Shown here in pieces: positions 40,901 through 51,597 of a stretch of 64,000 nt of DNA (the stretch's first letter is position 1; each line of letters begins with the position of its first letter). A model generated the notes under the pieces. It worked only from the letters and a program-made list of their open reading frames with translations, did not search any database and was not told the DNA's origin. Made by a program: the position numbers and the translations under genes. The DNA is from an uncultured Chloroflexia bacterium (GTDB lineage: Bacteria; Chloroflexota; Anaerolineae; CG2-30-64-16), in NCBI GenBank assembly GCA_963810095.1, contig CAWEMM010000001.1, positions 114,006-178,005 on the forward strand, written 5' to 3'.

Positions 40901-41860
40901 ATGCGCATCGCGGTGATGGGGACGGGCGGGGTCGGCGGCTACTTCGGCGGGCTGCTGGCAAAGAGCGGGGCCGACGTCACCTTCGTTGCGCGCGGGGCGC
41001 ACCTGCAGGCGCTGCAGCGCGACGGTCTGCACGTCCAAAGCGTGCACGGCGACTTTGCGCTCCCCCGTGTGCAGGCCACGGATCAGCCTCAGGCGGTGGG
41101 CCCGGTCGACCTCGTGATCTTCGCGACCAAGACATTCCAGCTCGACGCGGCGGCTGAGGCAATGAAGCCCCTGCTAAGTCCCGAGACCGTCGTCCTGCCG
41201 CTGCATAACGGCGTGGACGCGGCCGAACGCACGGCCGCGATTGTCGGGGAAAGCCATGTGTTGGGTGGCCTGTGCTACGTCGGCAGCATGGTCGCCGGCC
41301 CGGGCCTGATCCGTCAGGAGAGCCAGTTTCGTCGGGTGGTCCTGGGCGAGATGCCCTGGAGCGCCGCCCGGGGAACGATCACGCCGCGGGTGCGAGACGT
41401 GGCCGCGCTGCTTGCGGCCGCGGGCGCGGTGGCCGAGCCCGTAACCGACATCCAGTCGGCACGCTGGACCAAGTTTGCGTTCATCGCCCCGCTCAGCGGG
41501 GTGGGCGCGGTCGCCCGTGTCCCGGCCGGCGAGATCAACGCGACGCCCGAAACCCGACAACTGCTCCGTGCGGCCATTGCCGAGGTCGTGGCAGTGGCCG
41601 CGGCAGAGGGTGTGCCCCTGCCCGGCGAACCGTCGAAAACGATGGCCTTCTGCGACGCACTCGCGCCGCACATCACCGCGTCGATGCAGCGAGACGTCCT
41701 CGACGGCAAACCTTCGGAACTTGAGTCGCTCATAGGCGTCGTCGTCCGCAAGGGCAACGCAGCCGGGGTGCCCGTGCCCGCGTTCGAGTACTTCTACGCG
41801 GCGCTGCTGCCCCAGGAACGCGCGGCCCGGCTGGCAGCGGCGCGGGAACTGAAGGGCTAG
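40901..41860 (+). CDS. panE: 2-dehydropantoate 2-reductase (ketopantoate reductase family)
   Basis: GTGGVGGYFG, ARGAHL, HNGV, WTKF, SMQRD..GKPSE. Confidence 0.88.
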   Translation: MRIAVMGTGGVGGYFGGLLAKSGADVTFVARGAHLQALQRDGLHVQSVHGDFALPRVQATDQPQAVGPVDLVIFATKTFQLDAAAEAMKPLLSPETVVLPLHNGVDAAERTAAIVGESHVLGGLCYVGSMVAGPGLIRQESQFRRVVLGEMPWSAARGTITPRVRDVAALLAAAGAVAEPVTDIQSARWTKFAFIAPLSGVGAVARVPAGEINATPETRQLLRAAIAEVVAVAAAEGVPLPGEPSKTMAFCDALAPHITASMQRDVLDGKPSELESLIGVVVRKGNAAGVPVPAFEYFYAALLPQERAARLAAARELKG

Positions 41861-41862
41861 CC

Positions 41863-42654
41863 ATGTCGACGTTCAATCGCGAGGACGCCTATCGCGTCCA
41901 GCTCCCCGCCTTCGAGGGCCCGCTCGACCTGCTGCTGCAGCTGATCGAGCGGGAAAAGCTCGACATCAGTGCGATTTCGCTGGCGCAGGTGGCCGACCAG
42001 TTCTTGACCGCGGTGCGGCAGATGGAGGAAGTGGAGGCCGGCGACCTGGCCGACTTCCTGGTGGTGGCCGTCAAGCTCGTGTGGATCAAGTCGCGGCTGC
42101 TGCTGCCCCAGCCCCGCCCCCCGGCGGAAGACGACGACGGCATCGACCCCGCCGAGGCGCTCGCGGCGCAGCTGCGCGAGTACAAGCGTTTCAAGGAGGC
42201 CGCGTCGACGCTGCGGCTGATCGAAGAGGCGGGGCTGCGCACCTACCTGCGGGCCGCGCCGCCGCCGGAACTCGAGCAGCGCCTCGATCCCCAGGGGGGC
42301 GTGCTGGGCGAGCTGCTGGCGGCCGCCCGCGCGGCTCTGGTCGCCTTGGCGGCCCAGCCCGCCGAAATCCCGCAGGGGATGGTGGTTCCGTTCAAGCTCA
42401 CCATTCACGATCAGATCGTCTACATCCGCGAAGTGACGGCCGGCGGCCGGCCGATCAAGTTCCGCAGCCTGCTCTCGCAGGCCCATCACCGGCTGGAGAT
42501 CATCGTCACGCTGCTGGCCGTGCTCGAGCTGATCAAGCGCCAGGCGATCCGGGTGAGCCAGGATGCCGCGTTTGGCGAGATCACGATCGAAGGGGTAGAG
42601 GGCGTCGCGTTCAGGGAAGAGGACGACGAACCCGACGAGAACGGAACAGGCTGA
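41863..42654 (+). CDS. scpA: Segregation and condensation protein A
   Basis: FEGPLDLLLQLI, IKSRLLLP, TLLAVLELIK. Confidence 0.93.
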   Translation: MSTFNREDAYRVQLPAFEGPLDLLLQLIEREKLDISAISLAQVADQFLTAVRQMEEVEAGDLADFLVVAVKLVWIKSRLLLPQPRPPAEDDDGIDPAEALAAQLREYKRFKEAASTLRLIEEAGLRTYLRAAPPPELEQRLDPQGGVLGELLAAARAALVALAAQPAEIPQGMVVPFKLTIHDQIVYIREVTAGGRPIKFRSLLSQAHHRLEIIVTLLAVLELIKRQAIRVSQDAAFGEITIEGVEGVAFREEDDEPDENGTG

Positions 42655-42994
42655 GCGCCGTCAGGGCCACGAGCGCGCCGGCGAGGTCGGTCGCCACGTC
42701 GAACGGATCGGGGTGCCGGCCGGGCACGAATGACTGGTGGAATTCGTCGCTGAGCGCATAGAGGAAGACTAGGAGTAGGGCCAGGAGCATCGGGTGCGAC
42801 GCGCCGGCCGCGTCGAGCGCCCGGAAGAGCAATGCGGCCAGGATCGCGTACGCGACGAAATGGCCGATCACATCCTGAAAGGAATCGAGCACCGAAGGCA
42901 TGATGTGCGGCAGCCGCGGCTGGGCCGACAGGAAGAAGATCACGGCCATCCATGCCACGACGGCCAGCCAGGGAAGCCATTTGCGCTCGGTCAA
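42611..42994 (-). CDS. VanZ-family protein
   Basis: WMAVIFFLS.QP, HFVAYAIL, YALSDEFHQSFVPGR..D..D; probable TTG start. Confidence 0.85.
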   Translation of the reverse strand: MTERKWLPWLAVVAWMAVIFFLSAQPRLPHIMPSVLDSFQDVIGHFVAYAILAALLFRALDAAGASHPMLLALLLVFLYALSDEFHQSFVPGRHPDPFDVATDLAGALVALTALSLFRSRRVRRPLP

Positions 42995-43001
42995 GTTCGT
43001 C

Positions 43002-44156
43002 CTATCCCTCAGAGCGGTACGCGTCCAGCGCGAGAGCGGCCAGCGTATCCCAGTTGAACAACGTCCGCACCCGCTCCCGTCCGGCCAGCCCCAGCGCTCG
43101 ACGACGCTCGTCATCGTCAAGCAGGGCCGCGACGGCCTCGGCAAACGCGCCGGCTTCGCCCGGCTGCACAAGCACTCCCCCATCCCCGAGCGTCGCGGCC
43201 ATTTCTCCGACGTCGTAAGCCACGACGGGCAGCCCGGCCTGCATGAGCTCGAGGATCTTCGCGCTGTGACGGGCCCGGTTGGTGGCGGTGTTGGCCCAGG
43301 GCGCGATCGCCAGCGCCGAACGACCCAGCACCTGCGGCAGCGCGTCCGGCTCCAGCCAGCCGGCCAGGTCGATGCCGGGCACGCCCAGTAGCTGCGCCTC
43401 CTCGCCCTGGCCCCCCCGCCCCACCACGATCAGACGCGCGTCGGGCTTCAGCTCGCGCACCTTCCGCCAGATCTCGATCACTTCGAGAGGCCGTACGCCC
43501 GCGAACCGTGTGTAGAGGACCGCGTCCGAAGCCCCGCTCGCCACGGGGGCCGCGTCCGCAAGCGGAGCGTCTTCCCCCGTGTCCACCCCATTGTGCAGCA
43601 CGTAGACATGCCCCGCCCGCGCGCCCAGCCCCAGCGCCCGCTCGGCCAGGCACGCACTGCTGACGGTCCACGCATCTGCGTGCGAAAAGCCGTAGTTCTC
43701 CTGCCAGGCAAAGAAGCGCTTCTGACCCTCGGAATACCCTGCCGCGGGATGATCATTCCAGCCGCCCGGCCCTTCCCAATCGTCCGAATCGACGACCAGA
43801 CGCGGGCGGCCCCCTTGGCGCCGGGCCCAGAAGAGCGTCGCTGCCAGCCCCGACGGACCTTTGGGCTTGAACGCGTGCACCACATCGGGACGCCAGCGCG
43901 CAGCAGTTGCGTAGAAACGCCAACCCAACTGCCAATGCCACGGCGCGCTCTGAACGCCGGCGGGCAGCATGACGTTGACGACCTCCACGCCATCGTCGCG
44001 CCAGCGGCGGCCTGCATCCTCAACGCTGTCATAGGGCGGGACGAACAGGGCGACCGGGTGGCCGCGCCGGGCAAGCGCGCGCGCCAGTGGCAGGGCCCGT
44101 GCGCGCGCGGTGCCCTTTGCGCGCAGCCCGAACGGCGCCAGGAGAGCGATTCGCAT
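43002..44156 (-). CDS. Glycosyltransferase family 4
   Basis: PDVVHAFKPK, VLHNGVD, KILELMQAGLPVVA..VGE. Confidence 0.88.
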   Translation of the reverse strand: MRIALLAPFGLRAKGTARARALPLARALARRGHPVALFVPPYDSVEDAGRRWRDDGVEVVNVMLPAGVQSAPWHWQLGWRFYATAARWRPDVVHAFKPKGPSGLAATLFWARRQGGRPRLVVDSDDWEGPGGWNDHPAAGYSEGQKRFFAWQENYGFSHADAWTVSSACLAERALGLGARAGHVYVLHNGVDTGEDAPLADAAPVASGASDAVLYTRFAGVRPLEVIEIWRKVRELKPDARLIVVGRGGQGEEAQLLGVPGIDLAGWLEPDALPQVLGRSALAIAPWANTATNRARHSAKILELMQAGLPVVAYDVGEMAATLGDGGVLVQPGEAGAFAEAVAALLDDDERRRALGLAGRERVRTLFNWDTLAALALDAYRSEG

Positions 44157-44211
44157 GGGGAATATCGTACCATAAGGTCATCCGCGGCCGAATTATGGTA
44201 TGATTATCCCC

Positions 44212-45479
44212 ATGAGCCAGCCGCCCTCACCCAGCCTTCCTGCCGAACGCCTGGCCCTGCTCGCCCGCCTGGCCCAGCAGTTCAACTCGTCCCTCGACCT
44301 CAACGAGGTGCTCAGCCGCGTCATGGACGAGGTCATTGCCGCCGTCCGCGCCGAGCGCGGGTTCGTCATGCTTCACGATGACGACGGCCGGCTGTTGTTC
44401 CAGGTGGCCCGCAATATGGATCAGAGCACGATCGACGAGCCGGGCTTCCAGGTCTCCCGCGGGGTGATCGAGCGGGTCGCGGCCGAGGGCCGCACGCTGC
44501 TGTCTTCCGACGCGCAGCACGACGATCGTTTCTCCATGCGGCAGTCGGTCGTCTCGCTCGGCCTGCGCTCCATCCTGTGCGCCCCGCTGATCGTGCGCGA
44601 TCAGACGACCGGCGTCATCTACGTCGACAGCCGGCTGCAAGCGGGCATCTTCACCCCGGACGATCGCGAGCTGCTCACGGGCATTGCCTCCAGCGCAGCG
44701 ATCGCGATCGAGAACGCCCGGCTGTACCAGGCCGCGGTCGAGAAGGGCCGCCTCGAACGCGAGCTCCAGATGGCGCGCGACCTGCAGGCCGGGCTGCTGC
44801 CTCACGACGTGCCCGTCCTGCCGGGCTGGGAATTTGCGTCCAAGTGGCAGCCCGCCGCGAGGTAGCCGGCGACTTCTTCGACTTCATCCGTCTCGGGAAA
44901 GGCCGCACGGGCGCACTCGTCGCCGACGTGGCAGACAAAGGCATGGCGGCTGCGCTCTTCATGGCGCTCTCCCGCAGCATCCTCCGCGCGAGCCTTGTCA
45001 ATGCCGATTCGCCCGCCGGCGGCGTAGCGTCGGCAAACCGCCTGATCTGCGAGGACGCCACCGGTGGCATGTTCGTGACCCTGTTCTATGCGGAGGTCGA
45101 CGAAGAGGGCGCCCTGACTTATGTCAACGCGGGACATAACCCGGCATATCTTGTGCGTGCGACCGGCTTCTGTGAGGAACTGCTGCCGACCGGCCCGCTG
45201 CTCGGCTTCAGCGACGGCGCATCGTTCCGACAGGCCCGGGTGCAACTCGCTTCCGGCGACTTCGTACTACTCTATACGGATGGCGTCACCGAAGCGGTTT
45301 CGGGCGTGGACGCAAGCGATTTCTACGGCGACGACCGGCTGCGCAGCCTGCTCGACGGACAGCGGGGGGCCTCGGCCGCGGATACCTTGCAGGCGCTCAC
45401 CACGGCCCTCGCGGACTTCATCGGGCCGACCCCGCCGTTTGACGACGTGACTGTCGTGGGGATCAAGAGAGTGGCATGA
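44212..45479 (+). CDS. GAF + SpoIIE/PP2C phosphatase, RsbU-like (frameshift near 44860)
   Basis: GAF (RSILCAPL..IYVD..AIAIENARLY), ERELQMAR.LQ; EVAGDFFD, ADVADKG, NAGH, YTDGVTE, DDVT. Confidence 0.9.
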
Positions 45480-48400
45480 TCGGCACGGTGCTGAACAATC
45501 GCTACCGGCTGGACGCCGAGATCGGACAGGGCGGCATGGGCGTGGTCTACCGCGGCCATGACCTGCTGCTCGTCCGTGACGTCGCCGTTAAACTTCTCAG
45601 CAAGGCCGGCCTGGGCACCGAGGGCCGCGCGCGCCTGCTGCGCGAAGCGCAGGCTGTCGCGAGGCTCAACCACCCCAACATTGTAACCCTCTATGATGCG
45701 GGCGAGGCCGAAGGTGCGCCCTTCATCGTGATGGAGCTCCTGTCAGGCATCTCGCTGTACGAACGCAAACCCGCGAACACGGACGAGCTGTTGGAAGTGG
45801 CCCGCCAGGTCTGTGCGGCGCTGGGCCACGCGCACGAGCACGGCATTATTCACCGTGACCTGAAGCCGGAAAACGTCATTCTGACCGGCCCCAAGGCGAC
45901 GGGGGGGCAGGCGAGTTACGGGTTAAGCTGACGGACTTCGGCCTGGCTCGCTCGGCCGCGACTCGCTCGACGACCGACGATGCACTTTGCGGTACGGTCT
46001 TCTACATGCCGCCCGAACAAGCCATGGGCCGAGACCTGGACGGCCGGGCAGACCTCTACTCGCTTGGGGTCATGCTCTACGAACTGTCCGCAGGCCGGCT
46101 GCCCTTCGCCGGCGACGACCCCCTCACGGTGATTGCGCAGCACCTGCACGCACCTGCGGTGCCGCCGGGCACCTACAACCCCGACATTCCTCCCGCGCTT
46201 GAATCGCTCATCATGCGCCTGATGAGCAAGCAGCCCGAGGACCGGCCGGCGAGTGCCGCGGAGGTCGAGCACACCCTCGAGCGAATCGCGCGCAAGAGCA
46301 CCGAACTTGTCCTGGCAGCCGCGGCGCCGGCAGAGTTGTCGCCGCTCGAACGCCTCGTGCGGGGCCGGCTGGTGGGACGCGATGGGGAACTGGCGGAAGC
46401 GCGGCTGGCATGGCAGAACGCGACCGGCGAGAGTGCCGCCGACTACCCTCACGTGCTGCTGATCTCGGGTGAGTCGGGCGTCGGCAAAACGCCCTTCGTG
46501 CGCGCCTTGCGTGCGCTCGCCGAGGTCTCCCGCGGGCGCTGGCTGCACGGCGAGTGCTACGCGGAAGGCGGCGCGCCGTACAGTGCATTCGACCAGGCTC
46601 TTGGCGCACCGGGCTTGTTTGCCGAAGCCGGGCTCGCCGAATCGCTGCCTCCGTGGATCGCATGCGATCTCGCGCGGCTGGCGCCGTCGCTCCATGCGGC
46701 CCTAAAGTGCACCGAGGAGTCGTCGGGCGACCGCCTGCGGATGTTCGAGAGCGTCGTGACGGCGTGCGAGATGCTCATCGCGGCGCCCCGCGGCCGGGCG
46801 CCTGCGCCCGCACCCCTCATGTTCGTGATCGAAGACGTGCAGTGGGCGGATGCGGCCGCGCTCGCGCTGCTGCGCCACCTGGCCCGGCGTCCGCGCACCA
46901 CCGGCCTCAAAATGCTGATAGTGCTGACGTATCGCGAGTCGGAGTCGACCGAGGCACGCGGGCTGCACGACCTGCTGCTTGACTTCACCCGAGAGCGCCT
47001 GTCCGCTCGTATTCGGCTGGAACCGTTCGACCTGGATCAGACGGCAGAACTGCTCGGGGTCATGTTCCAGCAAGCCATTCCTCCCACCTTCGTCGAAGAG
47101 ATCTACCGCGAGACGGAAGGCAACCTCTTCTACATCGAGGAAGTCTGCAAAACCCTGATCGAGGACGGCATGCTGAGCCGGGCGGACGGCCGCTGGCAAT
47201 TCCCGGACGAAGTGTGCTGCGAAGCGCTGCCGCAGAGCGTGCGCCTGATGGTGCAGGCGCGCATCGCCAAGCTCGGCCCCGAGGCACAGGACATCCTCCG
47301 TCTCGCCTCCGTCATCGGGCGGGAATTCGACTTTGAGACAGTTCGGCGCGCCGGCGACTTCGGCGAAGACGTGCTGTTGGATGGGCTGGAGGAGGCGCAG
47401 CGAGCACAGATCATCGCCGAAGTGCGCAGCCTGGCTCGGCGTACGGAGCAGGAGACTTTCCGCTTCGTGCACCGGCTGATCCTCGTGACCCTCAGGGACG
47501 GGATCAGCGGCATACGACGCCGGCGGCTGCACCGGCGAGTGGGCGAGGTCGTGGAAAGCCTTCGTCCGGCAGATTACCCGACCCTCGCCTACCACTTCAG
47601 CATGGCGGGCGACGACCGGCGGGCAGCAACTTATTTCCGACGAGCGGGCGATGCGGCCGGACGCGCCTATGCGAACGCGGAAGCCGTGGCCGCGTATACG
47701 AACGCACTGGCCCTGATCCCCGACGACACCCCCGAGCGGTTCGACATCTTGCTGGCGCGGCGTCCGGATCTATCACAGCCTGGGACAGCGGGCGGAGCAA
47801 AAGGCCAACGTCGACGAGCTGCTTGTCCTGGCGGGCAAGCTGGCGGACGAGGCCAGGCAGTTCGAAGCGCTGCTCGCGCAGGCCGAGTATGATCTCGGCA
47901 CACAGCACCTGCACGTACGCGAGCCCGCGCAACGGGCGGTCGAGATCGCACGGGCGTTGGGCGACAAAGCCCGGGAAGGGCGGGCCCTGATTTGTCTCGG
48001 GATGGATGCCCGCCTGCACGGCGACATGGAGCGCAGCCGGCCCGCGCTGGAGCGGGCCACGACCTGCCTGCGTGAGGGCGGTTTGATCGGCGAGGCGGCC
48101 GCGTGCCTGATGACGCTGTCCCTCACACTGAGCGACCTCGGCGAATTCGAGCCCGCATTTGATGCCGTGACCGAGGCGGTCAAGCTGAGCCGCCAGATCG
48201 GCAACAAGCGGCTCGAAGGCGTGGCCTTGCGTCGTGTCGCCATCGTGCTCATCGATCAGCGGCGTTTTGCCGAGGCCGTGCCCTACGCGGAAGGCGCACT
48301 GGCGCTGCACCGGGAGGTCGGCGAGCCCGTCGAGGAATGCCATGCCCATAATGTGCTGGGGATCGCGAAAGCATACCTGGGGCGGGGCGGCGAGGCTGAA

Positions 48401-49312
48401 GCGCACTGGCGGACCGGCCTGCCCCTGGCGGATGCGGCAGAGTCGGCAGTGGCCGGCCTCTACTGCCTGGGGAACATGGCTTACGCCCACTTCGCCTGGC
48501 GCGGCGAGTACCTGGCGGGCATTTCGCTCATCGAAGACCAGCTGCGGCGGCGCTACTTGGGCGAGAATGCAGCCACAGCGACGGAGCTCCGCTTCTTCAT
48601 CGCCGACCTGACGTTCACGTTGGGCCTGTACGAAAAGGCCCTCGCCATGATGCCCGAACTGCTTGCCTCGTCGGCCAGCCTGCTTGCCCAGGGGATTGTG
48701 GTGCCGGCCACCCACTCGAGGCGCGCGGCGATGTACGGCAAGATGTTGGCCGAGGCGGGAGAGGTCGACGAGGCTCGCCGGCAGCTCGCTGCGGCACGAC
48801 CGGAGACGCTGAGCGAGGCGGCGCTGCCGAAACACGCGACCACGCTGCTCTACTGGGCCTGCGGGGTCCTGGCGCTGGGCGATCCCGGCCTGATCCATGA
48901 AGCGATCGAGCTCACGGAGCAGGCAGCCGTGCGGCTCGGTCGGGCAGCGCCGTGGAATTACGACGTGGCCTGGGCGCACCGTTTGCTCGCCGAGCTCTAT
49001 CTCGCGCTAGGCGATTTTGCCCGGGGCCTGCAGCACGCCGAGCAAGCGCTCGAAATCCAGGGCTTTCGGCAGCAAAGCATCGAGTGCCTCTATCTCACCC
49101 TCGCCCGCAGCCTGCGCGGCGGCGAACCGTGCGCAAGAGGCGGCGGATGCCATTCCGCGGCCTACCAGCGCGTGCTGCTGGTTGCAGGCCGCACGCCCGA
49201 CCCTGACGTCCAGGCCGCGTGGCTCGAACGTGTGCCTGCGAATCGCGAGATCATCGCCTGGTGGGAAGCCATTAACCAGCCGGATCCCTTACCCGCCACC
49301 AACCCCGCATGA
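45476..49312 (+). CDS. Ser/Thr kinase - AAA ATPase - TPR multidomain protein (frameshifts near 45915 and 47760)
   Basis: GQGGMG, VAVK, HRDLKPEN, DFG, YMPPE; Walker A GESGVGKT, Walker B VIEDVQWAD, TEGNLFYIEE; helical repeats in ORF 47957..49312. Confidence 0.88.
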
Positions 49313-49321
49313 AGTAAGCCA

Positions 49322-51191
49322 ATGTCAGACTCTTTCATCCCATCGAACAGCCTCGTCCTTTATCGCACCCGGCCGGCCCGCGTCGCTGGCATTTCCGGCG
49401 ACAAGCTAGCACTTGAAATGGAGGGGGGCGAAACGGCGAAGGTCCGTCCGAAAGACGTTGCGCTGCTGCATCCCGGCCCGCTGCGATCGCTGGCCGAGTT
49501 GAGCGCCGGCGCTCAGGCGGGCGACGTTGCGACGGCCTGGGACCTTCTGGCGGGCGGCTCGACGACCCTCAAGGAAATCGCCGAGCTCGCCTTCGGCGCT
49601 TTCACCCCCGCAACTGCCTGGCGGACCTGGCAGCTGGTGGTCGAAGGTGTGTACTTCCGCCAAGCGGGTGAGGGCGTGCGCGCCGCGTCGAACGCAGAAG
49701 TGGAGCAGGTGCTGGCTCAAAGGGCGGCAGATGCGGTCGAGCGCGCCGCGTGGGAGGCGTTTCTGGTCCGCGCCAAGGCGGGGAGGGTCGTTGCGGACGA
49801 CCGCCGATACTGGCGCGAAGTCGAAGACCTCGCTTACGGACGAACCGAGCGAAGCCGAATCCTCAAAGCGTTGGGCCGGGAAGAGAGCCCGGAGAACGCT
49901 CACGCCGCCCTACTAGAATGGGGCGCATGGGACGATTCGATCGATCCGCACCCGACCCGTGCCGGACTCGTCTTGCTGCCGCCGGTCGAGCCGGTGCTGC
50001 TGGATCTTGCAACGCTGCTGGCAGACCCCGCGCGCGTCGACCTGACGCACCTCGTCGCTTACGCAGTCGACGACGAGGCCACTGAAACGCCTGACGACGC
50101 CGTCGGCTGGGAGGACGGACCGGGGTTGGGCAAGGTGTGGGTGCACGTGGCCGACCCGGCAGCGCTCGTCTGCCCGGACGATGCGCTCGACCTGGCGGCG
50201 CGCGGCCGGGGAATCACGCTGCACCTGCCCGAAATGGTGGTGCCCATGCTCCCGCCGGCAACCACCCCCCTGCTGGGCTTAGGATTGAGCGAGTACTCCG
50301 CCGCGCTTTCATTCGGGGTGACCGTGACCGATGCCGGCGATATTGCGGAAGTCGAGGTAGTCCCCAGCATCGTGCGGGTGACCCGGCTGACCTACGAGTC
50401 GGCGTCGGAGCGGCTGGACGAGGCCCCACTCGCCGCGTTGCACCGTTTTGCCACCGTATACGAGGCACGACGAAACGCGGCGGGCGCGGTCAACATCGAC
50501 ATGCCCGAGACACAGGTGCGCGTACGCGACGAGGAGATCGGCATCTCGCCGGTGGCCAACGTCCCGGCGCGCCTCGTCGTCGAAAACTGCATGATCCTGA
50601 TCGGCGAGGCTGTGACTCGCTATGCGAAGGACAACGACCTCCCCCTGCCCTACTCCACGCAAGACCCGCCTGACAATCCGCCGCTCGATGCGCCGCAGAC
50701 GCTGTCAGGCATGTTCGCATTGCGCAGGACGATGAAGCGCAGCCAGTATCGCAGCACACCAGCGCCCCACGCCGGCCTTGGCCTGGAGGCATACAGCCAG
50801 GCGACAAGTCCCCTGCGCCGCTACCTGGACCTCGTGGTCCACCAACAGCTGCGCGCTACATCTCCAGGGCGCTGCGCCGCTTGGCGCGTCCGATATCATC
50901 GAGCGCATTGGCGAGATCGAGCCGCCCGTGGCGGCGGCACGGCTGGCTGAATCCCAGTCCAACAAGCACTGGACGCTGGCGTACCTGGGACGGCGCCCGG
51001 GCTGGCGCGGCAAGGCCATTCTGGTCGACCGGCGCGGTGCGAACGGTATCTTCATCATCCCCGAGCTGGCGTACGAGACCGCGGTGCACCTGAACGCTGA
51101 CTTGCCGCTCGACTCGGAGGTCACGCTGGTCCTGCGCTCGGTCGACCTGCCGCGGCTCGACGCCCGCTTCCGGCTCGAACAAGGGGGATAG
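49322..51191 (+). CDS. RNB-domain (RNase II family) exoribonuclease (frameshift near 50860)
   Basis: VDDEATETPDDA, WVHVADP, RLTY, HAGLGL..Y.QATSPLRRY.DL..H.Q; C-terminus in ORF 50778..51191. Confidence 0.88.
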
Positions 51192-51216
51192 AATTCGACC
51201 CCTGCACGGAGGAACC

Positions 51217-51552
51217 TTGGCTTACTTCTTTGATGCAGCCGCACGGACGCCGCGGGAGTTAGCGCCCGGTATTGTTTCGCGCACCTTCTGGGGCGAGCGC
51301 ATGCTTTTGTCGCTCGTCGACCTGGATGCCCACGCGATCATACCCCCACACAGCCACCCCCACGAGCAGATGGGCATGGTGGTGCGCGGCGAGATGGAGT
51401 TGACGATTGCGGGAGAAACCCGGGTCGTCAGGGCCGGCGACGTCTACGTGATGCCCGGCGGTGTGGAGCACAGCGTGCGGATGGGCCCGCAGCCGTGCCA
51501 GGTGGTCGAAACCTTCGCGCCGGTACGCGAGGAGTACAAGTTTCCCGACTGA
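51217..51552 (+). CDS. Cupin domain protein
   Basis: PPHSHPHEQ..G...PGGVEH, FAPVREEY; GGAGG RBS with a TTG start. Confidence 0.88.
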   Translation: MAYFFDAAARTPRELAPGIVSRTFWGERMLLSLVDLDAHAIIPPHSHPHEQMGMVVRGEMELTIAGETRVVRAGDVYVMPGGVEHSVRMGPQPCQVVETFAPVREEYKFPD

Positions 51553-51597
51553 CACCGGCACCCGGCGTGCCACGCGGCCGTAACGCGCCGGCCGGGG

